DNA from: Lophium mytilinum
Lineage: Eukaryota
Assembly: GCA_010093605.1 (NCBI GenBank)
Contig: MU004181.1
Coordinates: 310,001-374,000 of the forward strand
Length of the DNA: 64,000 nucleotides
Reading direction: 5' to 3'
Shown: piece after piece, positions 26,369 to 37,679 of the stretch
Position numbering within the stretch: the first letter of the stretch is position 1
Layout of the letters: the number at the start of each line of letters is the position of its first letter
Notes under the pieces: generated by a model
The model's input: the letters and a program-made list of their open reading frames with translations, nothing else
The model's database searches: none
What the model was told of the DNA's origin: nothing
Made by a program: the position numbers and the translations under genes

Positions 26369-26891
26369 ATGGCACAGAACGTTGCGCCGCAGGTATGTCA
26401 TCGACCTACCTCTCTCCGTGAAAACCTCAGTTAACGTCTCAAAGGACCGCGCTATCCTTCACGTCACTGGCATGATCTGTGACTATATAGTCATCTACGC
26501 TCTAGGAAGCACCGCTGCGTGGGACTTCATCTTGACCCTCGACGACACCATCGACCACATCGCCACCACCAGCTCTGCGGTTGCCGCAGGCCTTCGGACC
26601 CTGCTCCACTTCCCGCTTCTTTACGGCGAAACTGGACTGGACGTCGAGCGCGTCCTGTGCAAAGCTTGCGTGTTCAGAGTACAGGAACTCCCTACTCAGC
26701 TGTTGTTCTATGAAGTCCACCGCCACGGTCTCGACCATCTCTTCCGGCACGTCATCGCGGTATGCGTGTACCCCCTCTTCCCCCGTCACCGCGTCCTGGC
26801 CTTCGTTGTGATTTGGTACATGCTTCAGCTGCGCAGCCGCCACACTGATCCGCTCCGCTTGGTGATGCTGTTGTATCACTACTACGTTTAG
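26369..26891 (+). CDS. family A member, degenerate F-box and C-terminally truncated
   Basis: MAQNVAPQ, intron 26393-26444, then DRAILHVTGMICDYI. AGLRTLL..VERVL..FY..GLDHLFRHV aligns with the 23034 and 20770 products. Confidence 0.6.
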
Positions 26892-27682
26892 AGGGCGATG
26901 GAGTCTACCTCGTCCTCCACGCTCCTCGCCCATCACTCATCCGTTGCGCTGGTAGCTAGTACATATTGAAACTCTCCTCTCCAGCTACCTTATATCTCAT
27001 TGCATGATTGTGAGGTTTGATATCGATGTGACGCTGTGAGGCTGCTTTCGACACATCATTTTGCATCACAGCATTATCTCATCACTTGAGAATATAAATC
27101 TAGCGCTATGGTTGAAGGATGAATTGCACCAAGATGGTTGAAGATTGCGTCTCACAAAGCAAGACAGCATCCGCAAGCCCCTAGTAGCTAGGTCTGGAGC
27201 TGAATACAGACGAATGATCGCCTATATGAGTTTTGCAAAGATACCAGGTCCAAGATTTGACATCACTCATATCCATATCGCTGGCCATTGGAATTGCCAT
27301 ACCTCAAAATTCTGTGAAGGCTGTCTGGCCTATCTACGAGGCTCGTGCAATGAACCATAATCTACCGCACCAAGAGCCAAAACCCCCTCCATGCCGGTAC
27401 CAAAAACAGCTGCTCTAACCTCGTTCCAGATCCGTGAGCCTTTTAGGACCCATATTACACCTCCATTGGGGATATCAGGGGCTCGTGCCATGTGGAGTGC
27501 AGTACCGGTAACCATTCCTAACGCCCCTGACCCTTCCAAAGACTTCTTACCAAAACCCCACCCCCTGTTTCTTGATATCGACTTTCCATCCAACTGGATA
27601 TCGTGACCATGGACAAGGAAAGCCTGCGTGAAACATGTCAGCAACACTCCTCACATGAGGCCTGGAGAATCGACCCACCCTA

Positions 27683-28591
27683 TCAGACATTTCCACCCAC
27701 AGTCTCTCCCGTGTCTTCTCCCTGGCCCGGCTGGGAGGAGACCCAACCAGCAGCCTCGTTGCGCGCTCGAATTTCCGCCGCAGTGCGCACTGTAAAGTCC
27801 GGCCAAACGCGCTGTTCCTGGGTCGAGATGTTGGCCTTTCCATGGCAAGCACTACCGCTCATTCCAAGTTCCTCGCAAGTGTGCCGTCGAACATATCTAT
27901 CAATGCATTCTTGCAGGTCAGGGTAGAAGTTGGGGCCCTCCAACTCGCCTCGGAGGAACTCTTCATACTTGTCCGCGCGCCCTAACCACACGCCCTCATA
28001 ATGCAGCGGACGGTTGTAGATGTCCATGGGGCCGGTCACGAAAGCACCAGTTATGTCTCGGCGTACGGGAATTGGCGAGACGGCCGGTGTTTGTTCAGGC
28101 GTAAGGGAAGCAGCATAAGACCTTGAAAGGCGGTAGTACAAGGCGATGGATCTGGCAGAAGGGCCGGTCGGCGGCTTGGACTTCGCCGGCCGCTTGGAAA
28201 TCGCAGGCCGCTTGGAAACCGCAGGCCGCTTGAGGTTCGCGAAGTTCACGGTCCGCTTGGCGATCGCAGGTCTCTTGTATTTTGGGCTTCCTTCAACCTG
28301 AGAATTTTGGAGCGGGTGGTAGTGGCTTTGGAGGGTACAAGACTTTGATGAGCATATTTTCCTGGTGTGTTCCCTTCGAGAGTGCGTTTTCTGCTTTGTG
28401 CCTGGCGAGTTCACGGCAGACGGAGAGATTTGCTTCGAAGCAGCTGTGGTGGGGACGTGGCCTTCTTGGCCATGTCGCGGAGATTCGAAATGGTCTATGT
28501 TCAACGTGCTGCCAGGCTGAAGCCGCGGATGAAAAGTGCTCTGGAGTTGCCGCTCGACAGGGCGGGTGTCGTCTTCGGCGCTGGGCTTCAT
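27683..28591 (-). CDS. basic hypothetical protein with KRPA repeats
   Basis: Long ORF; probable start MKPSAED at 28591; KRPAIAKR/KRPAVSKRPAISKRPAK repeats. Confidence 0.5.
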   Translation of the reverse strand: MKPSAEDDTRPVERQLQSTFHPRLQPGSTLNIDHFESPRHGQEGHVPTTAASKQISPSAVNSPGTKQKTHSRREHTRKICSSKSCTLQSHYHPLQNSQVEGSPKYKRPAIAKRTVNFANLKRPAVSKRPAISKRPAKSKPPTGPSARSIALYYRLSRSYAASLTPEQTPAVSPIPVRRDITGAFVTGPMDIYNRPLHYEGVWLGRADKYEEFLRGELEGPNFYPDLQECIDRYVRRHTCEELGMSGSACHGKANISTQEQRVWPDFTVRTAAEIRARNEAAGWVSSQPGQGEDTGETVGGNV

Positions 28592-28782
28592 CTTTGCGGT
28601 GGTGGACGATGAGTAGCGGACTTTGATGTCCTGGAGGTAGGCGGATCTTTGCACCTCTACTGGAAGTGAGAGTGCTGAAATACGATTTGGAAACTGGTGT
28701 GTGGAAAAGTCTATCGACGTGCAGGCTAGCCCTCCACCAACACTAGCTCCTCCGTCACCGCAGAGACCGGTCTCCTCAAGCC

Positions 28783-29320
28783 ATGGCGCAGAATGCCCCC
28801 CAACAAATGCCTCTGTCCGGATCTTCTCTTTACTCATGAGCTCTAGCTGACCACCTTAGACACGCGCCATCCGCCCTTTTCCGGAATCGGCTTGGTACTG
28901 AATCAGCCACTGCGCTCAAGACACCAACTCCCATCTCTGATCCTCTAGACCACGCTCGTCGACAAACGCACATGCACCGTCTACCACCGCACCGCCGCGG
29001 GCCTCCAGATCCTGAGGAACATGCAGCGCGTCTATCGCGACATGGGCGACCGCGCCGAGCGCGTGCTCTTCCACTGCCGGCTCCTCCAGTTCCTCCAACT
29101 GCTTCAGTCCATGACCGTCTACCGCTATTTCCTCCCCGGTTGCAACCACCTTGTGTAGCACATTGAGGTCCAATGCGTGTTTTCGGTGTTCCGCCACAAC
29201 TTCTATCTCCCGCTTGCCTAGGTACATCTGACCTGGACCGGTATTGCGCACGCCAATCCCCAATTCACCACGCTACGGCTGGTCATGCAGCCGCTGGCTA
29301 CGCTCTCCTCAGCAAACGTG
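28783..29320 (+). pseudogene. family A pseudogene
   Basis: MAQNAPQ (donor lost), GCTGAC..TAG, TRAIRPFPESAWY*ISHCAQD, frameshift, AAGLQIL..AERVLF..FLPGCNHLV*HIEV..LA*VHLTWTGIAHANP. TAG stops at 29156 and 29219. Confidence 0.75.
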
Positions 29321-30094
29321 GGCCGCGCAGTGGCAGACCTTCACACACATCCTTGGGACGCTCCCCGGGTAGCAGAACGATAGCGGCGGCTATGTGCTGA
29401 ACTACGACATCGTGCTCCGCGATTTGGCAAGCTGGCTTGTCCACCCCAGTCTGGTGACGAACAGCTGGGCGGCGGCTGTCTTGGTCGTACGATTAGAGTA
29501 GCGCCGTGCCGACGAGGTGAGCGGTCGGCGAGGGATGGATGATGGAGGTACGGAACGGAGGAGGTTTCGGAGGAGGTGTGATGACTTAGATGAGAAAAGG
29601 GGGGAACATCTAAGTATTCATTCTAGGCTAGATACTTGAAACTCATATCTTTACCATCTTGTTTCTCCTTGAATGAGTGTGAGCTTTGACATCGAGTTGA
29701 TGCCGTTAGACTATTCTCAATAGACTATCTTTCAGCGAAGGAAGTTATCAACGACTACGGAACGCATACCAGAAAGTTAGGAATGCTTATGCTATTTCGG
29801 AGGTTCCAAGCTACGGCAAGGAGCACTTAAGGCCATATTTAGTCATTATACATCCATCAACCAAGAGGGTGCATATTAAAGTCTCATCTTTCCCAAACTG
29901 GCTTTTGTATCTGGATTACTAGTAGAGACGTCTGCCGTACCAAAAGACCCATCAAAACTTTTGCTGACAGTCCATGAATCTCGTGCAAGAGTTTGTCCAT
30001 CACCGCTTGATGTCTTGACCCCAAAAGCATCCCCTCCAAAAACCTTCTCACATGCTCTCAATATCAAGGGCGTAGTCCCCACAGAGCCCGCCTC

Positions 30095-30826
30095 CTACAC
30101 CCTCGCTCCATCAGCACCCTCGTCGTCCCCATCCTGAGCACTTTGCACCGCGGCAGGAACTGCCTGACCAGTCTCGTTTGCTTTACGGACGCATACCCAA
30201 GTACAAAATAGGCCGCTGTCCCCGCTCTTCGGCGCAGGTTCACTGCAACCCTCTCTCGCGCACCTGCGAACAGCCGGGTCAAGCTTGGCGGCTTCAACCC
30301 TACACTTGCGGGAGCAGAAGCGGCCTTTCTTGACCCTCGGCGCCAGATTGTTGCAACCCTCTCTAGCGCAGAGGCGGGTGGTGCCGGGGTCAGCGTGGAG
30401 CTTAGTGGTGCTGCTGCCGTTGATAGATGGTGGGGGGATATGCACGGCGAAAGATGAGTTTGGGGAGGCGGAGACGGTGACGTTTGGCCCGAGACCGAAG
30501 GCATTCAGACGGGGGGGAGGAGAATGCTGGAGTGGTTCGGCTGCTAGGGGGAGTGTGTTGATCCAGTCCAACGCGATGGACCCGCTTGGAAACTTCGTCG
30601 TATTAGTCTTCGTCATGGGGTAAGACATTGCTGTGAAGCTTACCAGGTCGCTAGCTTGAAGGTTAAAATCCAAAATGCAGCTCCATTCTGCATCCGTGAT
30701 GATGGGAGTAGCAGGCGTGTATGAGGCATTCGATAGCCCCTGAGGCGTGTCCAACTCTCCCAAGGACTGCTCCTCCTCTCCCGGCAGAGAATAGTGCCCA
30801 GAGGAGTCGGAGCGACGAGGTGTCAT
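30095..30826 (-). CDS. hypothetical protein with two tandem Cys4 motifs
   Basis: ATG 30826; CAREGCNNLAPRVKKGRFCSRKC and CAREGCSEPAPKSGDSGLFCTWVC. Confidence 0.65.
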   Translation of the reverse strand: MTPRRSDSSGHYSLPGEEEQSLGELDTPQGLSNASYTPATPIITDAEWSCILDFNLQASDLVSFTAMSYPMTKTNTTKFPSGSIALDWINTLPLAAEPLQHSPPPRLNAFGLGPNVTVSASPNSSFAVHIPPPSINGSSTTKLHADPGTTRLCAREGCNNLAPRVKKGRFCSRKCRVEAAKLDPAVRRCAREGCSEPAPKSGDSGLFCTWVCVRKANETGQAVPAAVQSAQDGDDEGADGARV

Positions 30827-31337
30827 AATTGCAGCGGTGGATGCCCAGTGAGCTGAACGAGGGGCCTGCAGTCCTGTAGGGCGTGAGTACGAGGATGATG
30901 CAGTGTGATGACAGACCATTGAAAGGGTTTTGTGGAGAGCACGCACTGTATCGACGAGTGGGCTACCTACTGGTTGCTGTACTCGTTGTGGTGATATCAA
31001 TTAAGCAGGACTGGAGGATGCTGTGCGGCACGCTTGCGACAGTGACCCGCAGTCGTGCAGTCTCAAAGCGAAAACCACCACGAGCACGGGCGTGGCCGGG
31101 TATGGCGCGGGGCGTGGGCTCAGTCAAAAACAACACGGGCACGGTTGTGGATGGGGTGGTGGTGGGGCGTGGCCGTTGTCGAGCGCGGTCTTATCAGTGC
31201 GGCAGCAGGTGTGCGTCCTGTCCGGCTCGCCGTGGCCGAGGGCACCAGTGCGCGGACCCATCTCCGTACAGACCCCTCCAATGCTGTTCATATCTTTGGT
31301 GACAGAATGGGGGTATATATACCTAACATTTTGAGGA

Positions 31338-31530
31338 CCTCTCACCTTTAAAGGGACTCCCACTCGGTGCAGTGGCTGAGTGTACATAGTTTGCCTTGTC
31401 TTGCCTTTGCCTTCTTTCGGAACAACGCTAACACAAATATAGAGTTCGAGTAAAAATCCGCCCGGGGGTTTTTCTGGCCCCGTCCGGGGGGTGTCTTTTT
31501 GCATTTTTTGTTTGCGGGGATCTCCTGTTT
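31338..31530 (+). ncRNA. candidate U1-like snRNA variant containing a spliceosomal intron (31382-31442)
   Basis: TATATATA 31314. CTCACCT at 31341-31347 (canonical U1 is CTTACCT). Helix H AAAG/CTTT closes three stem-loops. Sm-like ATTTTTTG at 31503-31510, then a 3' stem-loop. Intron is GTACAT..GCTAAC..TAG. Confidence 0.5.
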
Positions 31531-34090
31531 GCGCTCTGCAACACCACCACGCTGACTATATATCTATATAGATAGCGGAGCTTTTTTTTCACATCTATTG
31601 AAACAAGTTTTGTATACATTGCGAGATGAAATTACTGCTGTAGTGTTGATGGGTGACAACTTTCGTTCCAGCAGCGCAGCTTCGGGAACACGCTTCGTCG
31701 ACACCAGCCGTCTTTTCAGCCCGCACAACCATTGGCCGGCTCTGCAGTGCCTCTGGGACACTCAACGCGTCTCTCTGTCTGTCGCCCCAGAAAGTCGGCC
31801 ATCAATTACCTTTCCTCATCACCCACCGGCAGTCAAGAGTCAGCCGTCCGGGCACAAGGCCGAAATTCTACGCCATCACCGCGCGGAAACAGCTCATGAT
31901 ACGGTCATTCAGCTGCCAGAAGTTCTTCACGAACACCCAGCAGCTCGCCGTCGAACTGCTCACTGGGAGTGTTACGAATCCATCATATCCAGAAGACCCT
32001 TCGCCCCCCTCGCCTCCCGCCTCAGCATCAGTGCCCCAAGTGGAGGCCTCTGTAAGCACCATAGCGGCAATCTCTCCAACAATCAATCTCCAAATCACAA
32101 CAGTAGGTTCATTCATCTCAAGGTTTCTCCTGTTCCTCTTGGCTAATTGATTGTACCTAGCCTACCCATCTGCACCTACATCCAGCCCGTCATCCAGCAA
32201 TCGGCGCCATCGCCGCAGACATTAGGCTCCATCTCCGTCAATGAAAGTCTCATCGAGCTCACCAACTACCATATCATCATCATCTACATCAAAAAGAACA
32301 CCCCCGCCTCTCCCTCACCCAGCCCGTCCACCTCGCCGGACCGAACAAACCCCCTTCATTCGCGCATGCCTGGCTAACGGAGTCCTACTCCTCGACGCAA
32401 ACCGCCCCATCCGCCTTCCCTCCCTCCGCGTAACCTCCCTCGATCTGCTGAAGCGGGCCCCCGCCGAGCGTCTCCCCTGTGAGGGGCTGGATCACACCCT
32501 CTCCGTCCGCCGCCTGTACACCGCGGTTGACTACGACCTTGCTGCTAGCCAATCAGCCACACCCCTCCCCAATCCTCCGCGCCAGCCTGCACAACCTCGA
32601 TCTGCGGGATTACTCGCGCATGAGCTGCCCGGAGTCGATCGTGATCCGCCCCCTCGTGCGCACTCTACAGAGCTCGACAAGAGGGCGTCGGTGGAGCAGA
32701 ATCGGCGTTCTAGCCTCACAGCGCGAGTCCCGACAGGAGCGGGCGCAACTGCCCTCATGCCGTTCCTCCTCTATGCCACCAGGAAAGAGGTCTTAACGTT
32801 TAAGGGGTGTCGTGGGAGATGTTTCGTCAGAAGCGTGGCGGACGGTATGTGATATGGTATCAACTCGAGGTGGAACAGGTGATTGCTTGGGTTAAGGAGG
32901 AGTGGCGGATGGAGGAGTTCTGTGGTGTTAAAAAGTAGGACTTGGGAAGGTTATAGGCGCCCGACCGTACCGCCCGGCTCATCTCGAGGCGCACGGTATC
33001 GTGGCGACCTGCGTATTTGCCTATCGCGTCCTGTAAAAGGTGAACCTGCTCGCTGTGGATTGGAAGTTCATGTTGCAGCTTCAAGGCTGCCATTACCCAT
33101 AGGTGCGCTGCCGTCTGCAGCGTTTGTGCCAGCAGTTTCTGGATGGGGCCTGCATCCGTCTTTACCAACTGCCATGCAGCCTCTCCGTGGTTGGTGCGAG
33201 CGTGGACGATGCGCGCCGCTGTTCGATGACGAGACGCATGTCGTGTCGGAGAACAAGAAGGTGGAGATCCGGGAGGGGGTGGCGTAGTATAGTGGCGCGC
33301 GTACGATGCGTTCGGGGAGAAGGGTTTGGAGAGGCCTGTTGCTCCAGATGGGAGGCAGAGGCCCCGTCTGTCTTTGGCATTGGGAACATGAAATAGTAAG
33401 TGAATGAAGCCACCTCAAACGGTGCTGCGATGTGTGATAGAGCATTTGGCAGATTGAATATTTGAATAGTATCTTGATTCAGAACAACTACAGCCCCCAT
33501 ATCTCCTCGCTCTGGCATGCGCCATTGGGAATAGCCCAAATATCATATCCAAACCAAAGGATGATCCTGCCGATCTTTCGACTTCACGCTGAGGCCTAAG
33601 TCTCCGTCTGCTTCGCTGGTCCAGTGCCTGTCAGCGATTGATCATCAGAGAGAACATCAGAGTACACATACCTGCTGCAGAAGTACGCGACTGGAAAGAA
33701 GAGCTGAAGTTGGCCCCATGCGACTGCAGGAGGGAATGTGGCTTGCGGCCAGACGTGTCTGTAGGCTGATAAGGCAGCGTGCGAAGCCTGTACCTGCAGT
33801 TTGTGCCCGGGTTTGTCTTCCGTCCGCTTCTTCTAGTGCGAACTACTAGAGCCTTGTTATCCACAGCGGTATCCAGGGCGGGCTTCTCCGTGATGCGTTG
33901 GAGAGCAGGATTCTGTCTTGGTTGCGATGGGTGATCTCTGCAAATGTGCTCGCGTCATCTTTCCCTTCCGCGTTACGCTCGCTGCTCAAACGAAATTCGA
34001 CGTACGTGTTGGAGCCATTTTCGGGAAGGCCACAGGTGTGGGATGGTGACAAGCTGTCGTGGTATGGAGGACTTCGTGACGCAACTTCCC

Positions 34091-34246
34091 GCCACACACG
34101 ACTTCTGAATCTCCTCGGATCATGTAGAGAGCCTGGTCAGCCTTCGATCTCCTCTCCCCGCTGTCGGCTGGCACGATGATGCGCTCGACGGTGTCTTGTA
34201 GGGCGATTTTGGTGTTCTGGTCGCAATTGATGAGGGTGCCGTACGA
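34091..34246 (-). pseudogene. LSM8: LSM8 (Sm-like, U6 snRNP) gene fragment
   Basis: YGTLINCDQNTKIALQDTVERII...LYMIRGDSEVVCG carries Sm1 and Sm2 motifs typical of fungal Lsm8. Confidence 0.7.
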
Positions 34247-34402
34247 CTGCGGTAAGGCGGGAGAGACCGCACCATCTGGAAGGGCAGGGATTAGCTCAGA
34301 AGACAAGTCATCGAAGATGTACAAGACACGTTGGGATCATACCATAGTGATAGAGGGCGAATCTCAATTCTTCAGGTTGCGAAAGAGAGCATTGGGCTCG
34401 TC

Positions 34403-34599
34403 GAATCGTTGAAATGTGTCCATGAGCACCTTCTCGTCCACGATAGGATCCAAATTTCCGACCAAAAGCTCCGCGCCAACTTCAACCGTCTTCAGCTTGT
34501 CTGCTGATGCCTTGTTGACCCGAATTCGCTTTTGGTAGACCCGGATTTCGCTCATGATTTTGGCGCATATTCGGCCCCGTCTTCACTGCGGAACTCAAA
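34403..34599 (-). pseudogene. SF3B4: SF3B4/Hsh49 (U2 snRNP SAP49) gene fragment with frameshift
   Basis: FEFRSEDGAEYA / frameshift / KIMSEIRVYQKRIRVNKASADKLKTVEVGAELLVGNLDPIVDEKVLMDTFQRF corresponds to the end of RRM1, the linker and the start of RRM2. Confidence 0.85.
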
Positions 34600-35282
34600 C
34601 TGCCGCATCGTCTTGCCGGCAGCTTGGTGTGGGTACTTTTGCACCACTGGGTGGAGGGTGTCGAAAGTGTCGAAGGAGGCGCGGATCTCTGCAACCGAGT
34701 AATTGAGTAGCGCGCGACCAACTTCGTTAAGGCCGGATTGTGTTGCTCCCACCTTACCGTTGCCGTCGCGGATAAGTGGTCCGCGAAGGGCATAGACGGC
34801 GATGCGGAAGCAGGCGTGGAGGTCTTAGAGGCGTTGGTACAGGCGTAGGCGAGTGAAACAAGATCTGAGTGGGTCGGGTGTCTCTGGACTACGACATCCT
34901 TACGGCCTCTTGCTGTCCAAAGCTCCCATCAACGCCAACGACATCTGCAGTGAGGTGGTTGCGTCCGCAGTGAGGAAGATGCGTTCACAGTGAGGAGGTT
35001 GCGTCCGCAATAAAGAGGTTGCGTGTTCATGCTTCGGACGTTTTCACTCATGCCCCTTCGTCGATGTAAATAGTACTGTGCAGCGCGAGGCTGTAGAGAG
35101 GCCAGAAGTGGCGACCTCGCATCGGGTGGGGGTTCGGGCAACGGGTGTCTGGCTAGGAGAGGAACTTCTTGAGGGGGTGGTATGGGCGAGGCTGAGCACA
35201 GCAGTCTGGGCCAGAGGTGTATCATCGGCGGGATGATGGCGCGGCGAAGGAAGGACAGATCGCTGTGACTCGATGTATCATA

Positions 35283-35500
35283 CGATCGCGGGATTGTTTC
35301 CGGGCTTTGAGGACCGTGTTATCACTGTTGTGACGCCTGCGGAGGTGGCATAGGGAGCTGTCCTGATCTTCGTCGACAATCGCGGGATCGTTTCCAGACT
35401 TCGAGGACTGTGTTATCACTGTTGTGACGCCTGCGGAGGTGGCATATCGAGCTGCCACGATCTTGTTCGACGATCGCGGGCATGTTTCCAGGCTTCGAGG
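35283..35500. repeat. tandem repeat, 94-bp period x2.3
   Basis: GAGGACYGTGTTATCACTGTTGTGACGCCTGCGGAGGTGGCATA at 35309 and 35403. Confidence 0.9.
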
Positions 35501-35935
35501 CGGGTTTATCCATGCCTCTTTGTGGTGGAGAGTATGTGGTGTAAGTTTTGATGCTTACACCACTACTGTTGACCATGAAGGGGCATGAATTGCATCGTTC
35601 TGCTGTCAAGTTGGAGGGGAGTGCGGATGCACCGCTAGGTGGAAGTGGAGGAGGTTCTGGATGGTGTTAAAGGAGGCGCGGAAGGCAGGAGGTCAAACCC
35701 TCAGCCTTGGCGAGGTCAGTCAGGTCACGTGGAGCTTCCCATTCTACAGCACCGTCCACCTCTAGATGCGACAAAACATCGACCATATCTTTCTGCATTG
35801 ACCCTTCGTCTAATATGCAGACTCCACTTTTTCGCCGCTAGATTGGTTCCAAACCACGGATCGTCTACCGGCCCTAACAGCGCACCGGCGCCATCTGGAC
35901 CGCGGCACGCCTCGCAACCGACCGAAGCTTGATTC

Positions 35936-36253
35936 AACATCATTTTCCTCTCTAAACGCTAACGTAGTTGATATCAGACTACCTTTTGGCACAGGAAATG
36001 TCTGCTAACTGGGGTATTCCTTACAGTGGGGTCGATTGAGCAAGAATAGAGCGAAAGCAATGGCATATCTAGGTGCTCAAATTTATGTCGTAGAACATCA
36101 TTTTTTCGCATCTAAAGGCTGACGTAGTTGATATCAGGCTACGTTTTGGCGCGGGAAATGTCTGCTAACTGGGGTCCTCCTTACGGTGGCGTCGATTTAG
36201 CAAAAATAAAGCCAAAGCAATGGAATATCCATGTGCCCAACCCTTATCTCATA
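35936..36253. repeat. tandem duplication, about 158-bp period x2
   Basis: AACATCATTTT..GCTRACGTAGTTGATATCAGRCTAC..GGAAATGTCTGCTAACTGGGGT occurs twice. Confidence 0.9.
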
Positions 36254-36493
36254 GCAGTGTAGTTAGAGGTGTGAATTAGCATGATCATTATGTCCAATAA
36301 TAGAAATGCAGCATGAAATCACAAATGTAAAATTCACCACGCGGAGTGCATCTTCACAATGCTGTGCATGTGACGCCTAACGCTGGCTCTGAGAATTTGC
36401 ATTAAGGTTCAACTTTCTAGCATTACGTGCATTAGAGCTCAGTAGAAAAGAACAAAAGTGAGTCAAGTCCAAGACCGAGTCATATTGTAGCAG

Positions 36494-37679
36494 CTAGAAT
36501 TCTTCGTCTTCTTCATCTTCTTCGTCTTCTGAGTCTTCGAAAGCTGAATCGTCCGAGTATTCGTATATGACTATTACTGTGAGTTAGAATACAAATATCG
36601 ATGACACGGAGGGAGTACGTACATTCTGTTGGAACATCGTCGATTCCGTCGTGTTCCTTTGGTTCGTACCGCTGAGGCTGATTCAAAATATACTGGGCTC
36701 GATGGTATTCGAACCTGTCGTGGAGAGCGGTGATGTGTGTAGCAATGTGTGGACGTATGGCGGGGTCGTTCATCCTCAGTTCAAGATCATTGCCTTGGGC
36801 ATCGAGGACAATGATTCCTCCGTCGCTGTGAGCTAGGACGGACTCCACGTCTAGGTCGTACTGGATTACGTATTCACCGTTGTGCTTCAGACGGAATATG
36901 TCCTTGGGAGGATCTGCCCGGCCGCCCTTGAAAGCCCTATCGACATCGGATGCAGACTTTAAGAAGAAGGCCTCTGCGTCTCTGTATTTAGGACGAACTT
37001 TGATGGAATGGGGGTTTGCTTTCAAAATTCCAAGCCACAATTCCTCCCAATCTTCGTTCATCTCTTCCAGAATCGGAAACTTCTTTCTGTACGTGGTGTG
37101 GATACGCTTGACCACTAACTCCTTAGGGCCGGGCGTGTTGGATCCTTTGCAGTAGGTCGAGAGAAACCACCGAATGCCGTCGGGGGCATCTGAGTAAAGA
37201 GTGCGTGGCGTGACGAAAGCACGGAAGGCCTCCGGTCCCAGGGCACGGCTGAGGAGTCGGCGCTGGAGAAGCTCCTTGGACCCAGAGAGCGCAAGGCGAG
37301 GTTCTAACTCCACGGTATCCCACCAGATCGATATGGACAGGTCGGTGTCGATGTCGTTGCCCATGTTGAAGATCTTGCTCCATAGCTCGTTAGGAAGATG
37401 TGGAATGTGTCTTAAAGTCGTCTCTGGGTTCTTGGAGCGTTTCTTCTTGGAGCGTTCCTTGCTCGGCGTGGTAGCCTAGAGTCAATTAAACATTGCCTAC
37501 ACTTGAAGTGATAGAGAGCCTACTTCTCCGTCCTCGGTGTCTCCGTCTGCCGTTCTCGTTATGCTGGTGCCGGCGGCGTCGAGCCTCGCCAATGCTGCGC
37601 GCACGCGCTTCTTTGTACCGCTGGGAAGAGGGGGGCGCAACGTAGCAGTGTGCACGCGGCGCGGGGGAGGAGCCACCAT
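36494..37679 (-). CDS. F-box-like protein, family A, acidic tail, 3 exons
   Basis: ATG 37679; introns 37523-37476 and 36622-36577. Motifs IPHLPNELWSKIF, LWLGILKANPHSIKV, GEYVIQY, LHDRFEY; ends ..EDEEDEEDEEF*. Confidence 0.8.

Noticed and set aside
36068..36077. TCTAGGTGCT, identical to the first 10 nt of the hairpin arm
   Set aside because: Only 10 nt, opposite orientation to the other sites, and not retained in the second copy of its tandem repeat; compatible with chance.
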